A stretch of DNA of 34,380 nt, taken from positions 1-34,380 of the IMG/VR virus record IMGVR_UViG_3300030099_003935; one strand, given 5' to 3'. Origin of the DNA: a virus (lineage: Duplodnaviria > Caudoviricetes). Position 1 is the stretch's first letter. Each line of letters begins with the position of its first letter. This document shows positions 32,635-34,380 of the stretch, one piece after another. The position numbers were made by a program, and so were the translations under genes. The notes below the pieces were generated by a model. That model was not told the origin of the DNA. It saw only the letters and a list, made by a program, of their open reading frames with translations, and searched no databases.

Positions 32635-34380
32635 TTATGCCGCTTCTAATGCAGATACTTTAGTTTCAAGGGTTTCGATTTTAGTAATCGCCTCTTGCAG
32701 TGCGGCTGTCAGCAATGGGACAAGTTTACTTTGGTCGATCCCTTGATATTCTGGATTGCCATTTTTATCAACTGCGTCCTTTTCGCCAGTAACGGCCTCT
32801 GGCACAATATCGCTCACTTCATGCGCCACAAATCCATCGACTATACGGTCAGCGTCTGCAATGAAATTAAAACGTGAGGGTTTGAGCGTTTTAATGCGCG
32901 TAATGCCGTCCGTGATTTCTGTAATATTTTCTTTGATGCGATAGTCTGATGAGGTGTTAAATGATGTTGTAGAACCGCTGACAGAAACTGAGCCAACTGA
33001 CGCATTTACTTTGTAAAAATTTAGAAATTTATTATCATTTTGACGCTGTATGTATACACCGCCTCCATCTGAAACAGCAAGCCACGCATATCCTGAACTT
33101 GGAGAAAACGTAAAATTATTTGCAGTATTACTGCTGTCCTGTTGTGTTAATGTGTTTATGAGCAGGTTGCCACTGCTGGTAACACGCATCCGCTCCGTAG
33201 GCTCGCTGTCACTTTCAGCACCCCTCGTGTCAAAAGTTAGCGCACCTTTATAACTTCCAACATTGTCTTCTATTGAGCCAATTCGCGTGTGCGCGTGAGT
33301 GCCGCTATTCCACGGAGTGATGCCGATATGAGTAATGCCTTGCGTGCTACCCGACGCCCCTGCCGCATTGCCAACGCGCAAAACCTCTTCGTCATTTGAT
33401 GCACTATAAACCGTGAGAGAGCTTGTTGGCGAGGCCGTGCCTATGCCCACGGTTCCGCCATTAACAAGCGTCATAACTGCCAAACTACCGCCATCAAGAA
33501 ATTGCAGATGGTCAGCGGCTCCACCATAGGAAATTTTGAAACCGTTGCTGTTATTGCCTAATCGGATTGCCGTTGCATTAGCCGCTGACCCACTATTTGT
33601 AACTCCTCGTTTCAAGTCCAACAGAACGTCTGACGCACCCGCATAAGGCGTTGCATTATCGGCCATCAAATTCAGCAGACCTGTTGGAGCGTTTGTGCCT
33701 ATGCCCAATCCAGTCGAGTTGAGCGTCATGGCTTGCGTGAACGAGACTGTGTTGCCTGCTGTGCCAGAGGGCGCGGTAAACCAACGATGTTCGCCACCTG
33801 CCTGTCCGTAAGACAAAGCAAATCCATCATTTAGATATATATTTTGCGAACTGGAATTTACGTACCAGTTGTTGTTAAAATACACATCTCCACCCGCGCC
33901 ACCCGCATTATAAAGAGATGCGCCATCACCAACCTGCAATGCTCGTATTGTACTAAGCCACGCACTCGGCGTAACGCCTATGCCCACGTTGCCAGAACTG
34001 CTGATCACTAAATTAGTTGCGGCAGAGCCGTTAGTCCCAAATCCCAAACTATCATCGGCGTGGTTATACGCGATGCGCCCTCTGTCTCTAAGCGCTGAAT
34101 TTCCAAACCCAATTCTGCCGTAACCGCTCGTACCAGACACAATAGTAATTCTGGCATTGTCTGATACATCGTCGTTGTTTTGTATTATTAATAAATCGTC
34201 ATTTGCAAAAGCTGGTTCAGTTCCGTTACCGTCCACTAAATGGAGCAGTCCGTCTGGCGATGCCGTGCCTATGCCCACGCGATCTGCTGACGCATCGACG
34301 AAGAGCAAGTCGGTGGCAACAGCGAAGTCACCATTATCTATTTTCATCGCCAGAGTGCCGTCACTATACCAGAAATGATC
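32635..34380 (-). CDS. Tail fibre C-terminal part with peptidase S74 intramolecular chaperone (open at the right edge)
   Basis: Frame stays open upstream of 34347 (DHFWYSDGTLA-MKID); repeated G.VGIGT..P modules; SSDYRIKENI, GFVAHEV and terminal coiled coil. Confidence 0.92.
   Translation of the reverse strand, partial: DHFWYSDGTLAMKIDNGDFAVATDLLFVDASADRVGIGTASPDGLLHLVDGNGTEPAFANDDLLIIQNNDDVSDNARITIVSGTSGYGRIGFGNSALRDRGRIAYNHADDSLGFGTNGSAATNLVISSSGNVGIGVTPSAWLSTIRALQVGDGASLYNAGGAGGDVYFNNNWYVNSSSQNIYLNDGFALSYGQAGGEHRWFTAPSGTAGNTVSFTQAMTLNSTGLGIGTNAPTGLLNLMADNATPYAGASDVLLDLKRGVTNSGSAANATAIRLGNNSNGFKISYGGAADHLQFLDGGSLAVMTLVNGGTVGIGTASPTSSLTVYSASNDEEVLRVGNAAGASGSTQGITHIGITPWNSGTHAHTRIGSIEDNVGSYKGALTFDTRGAESDSEPTERMRVTSSGNLLINTLTQQDSSNTANNFTFSPSSGYAWLAVSDGGGVYIQRQNDNKFLNFYKVNASVGSVSVSGSTTSFNTSSDYRIKENITEITDGITRIKTLKPSRFNFIADADRIVDGFVAHEVSDIVPEAVTGEKDAVDKNGNPEYQGIDQSKLVPLLTAALQEAITKIETLETKVSALEAA

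Noticed and set aside
33937-33993. Repeat pair as a diversity-generating retroelement TR/VR or as direct terminal repeats
   Set aside because: No reverse transcriptase is present, the single difference is a synonymous C/G rather than adenine-specific, and the second copy is internal, 387 nt from the end.

Overview
The window is a near-complete genome of a tailed dsDNA phage with a P22/podovirus-like virion module. It is probably circular and broken inside its tail-fibre gene: both ends are open in frame, and 1-57 matches 33937-33993 at 56 of 57 nt. One long minus-strand late unit starts at 24075 and runs M15 endolysin, TerS, TerL, portal, a 1274-aa polyvalent protein, Zn-ribbon protein, scaffold, capsid, decoration protein, adaptor, nozzle, three putative ejection proteins and tail fibre. 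It then continues from 34380 through the S74-chaperoned fibre C-terminus, membrane proteins, small basic proteins and a tRNA(CAT). A plus-strand early region (24430-30858) encodes ERF, SSB, RusA, a SWIM finger, a sigma-70 factor, a PD-(D/E)XK nuclease, a HExxH peptidase and an HTH protein, with a divergent Cro/CI-type HTH gene. I recognise no integrase, replication initiator, helicase, primase or DNA polymerase. Best leads: (1) a ~390-nt multi-hairpin non-coding element with a G-rich 3' end between ssb and rusA, where initiator/helicase genes usually sit (candidate RNA-primed origin); (2) a complete type II hammerhead ribozyme with a pseudoknot; (3) a polyvalent protein (unknown domain + SAM methyltransferase + ADP-ribosyltransferase) in the MuF slot; (4) an initiator-like tRNA with an aberrant anticodon loop; (5) a dual-frame ~590-nt overlap containing an A9 run. 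All family assignments come from motif recognition by eye; no searches were run.
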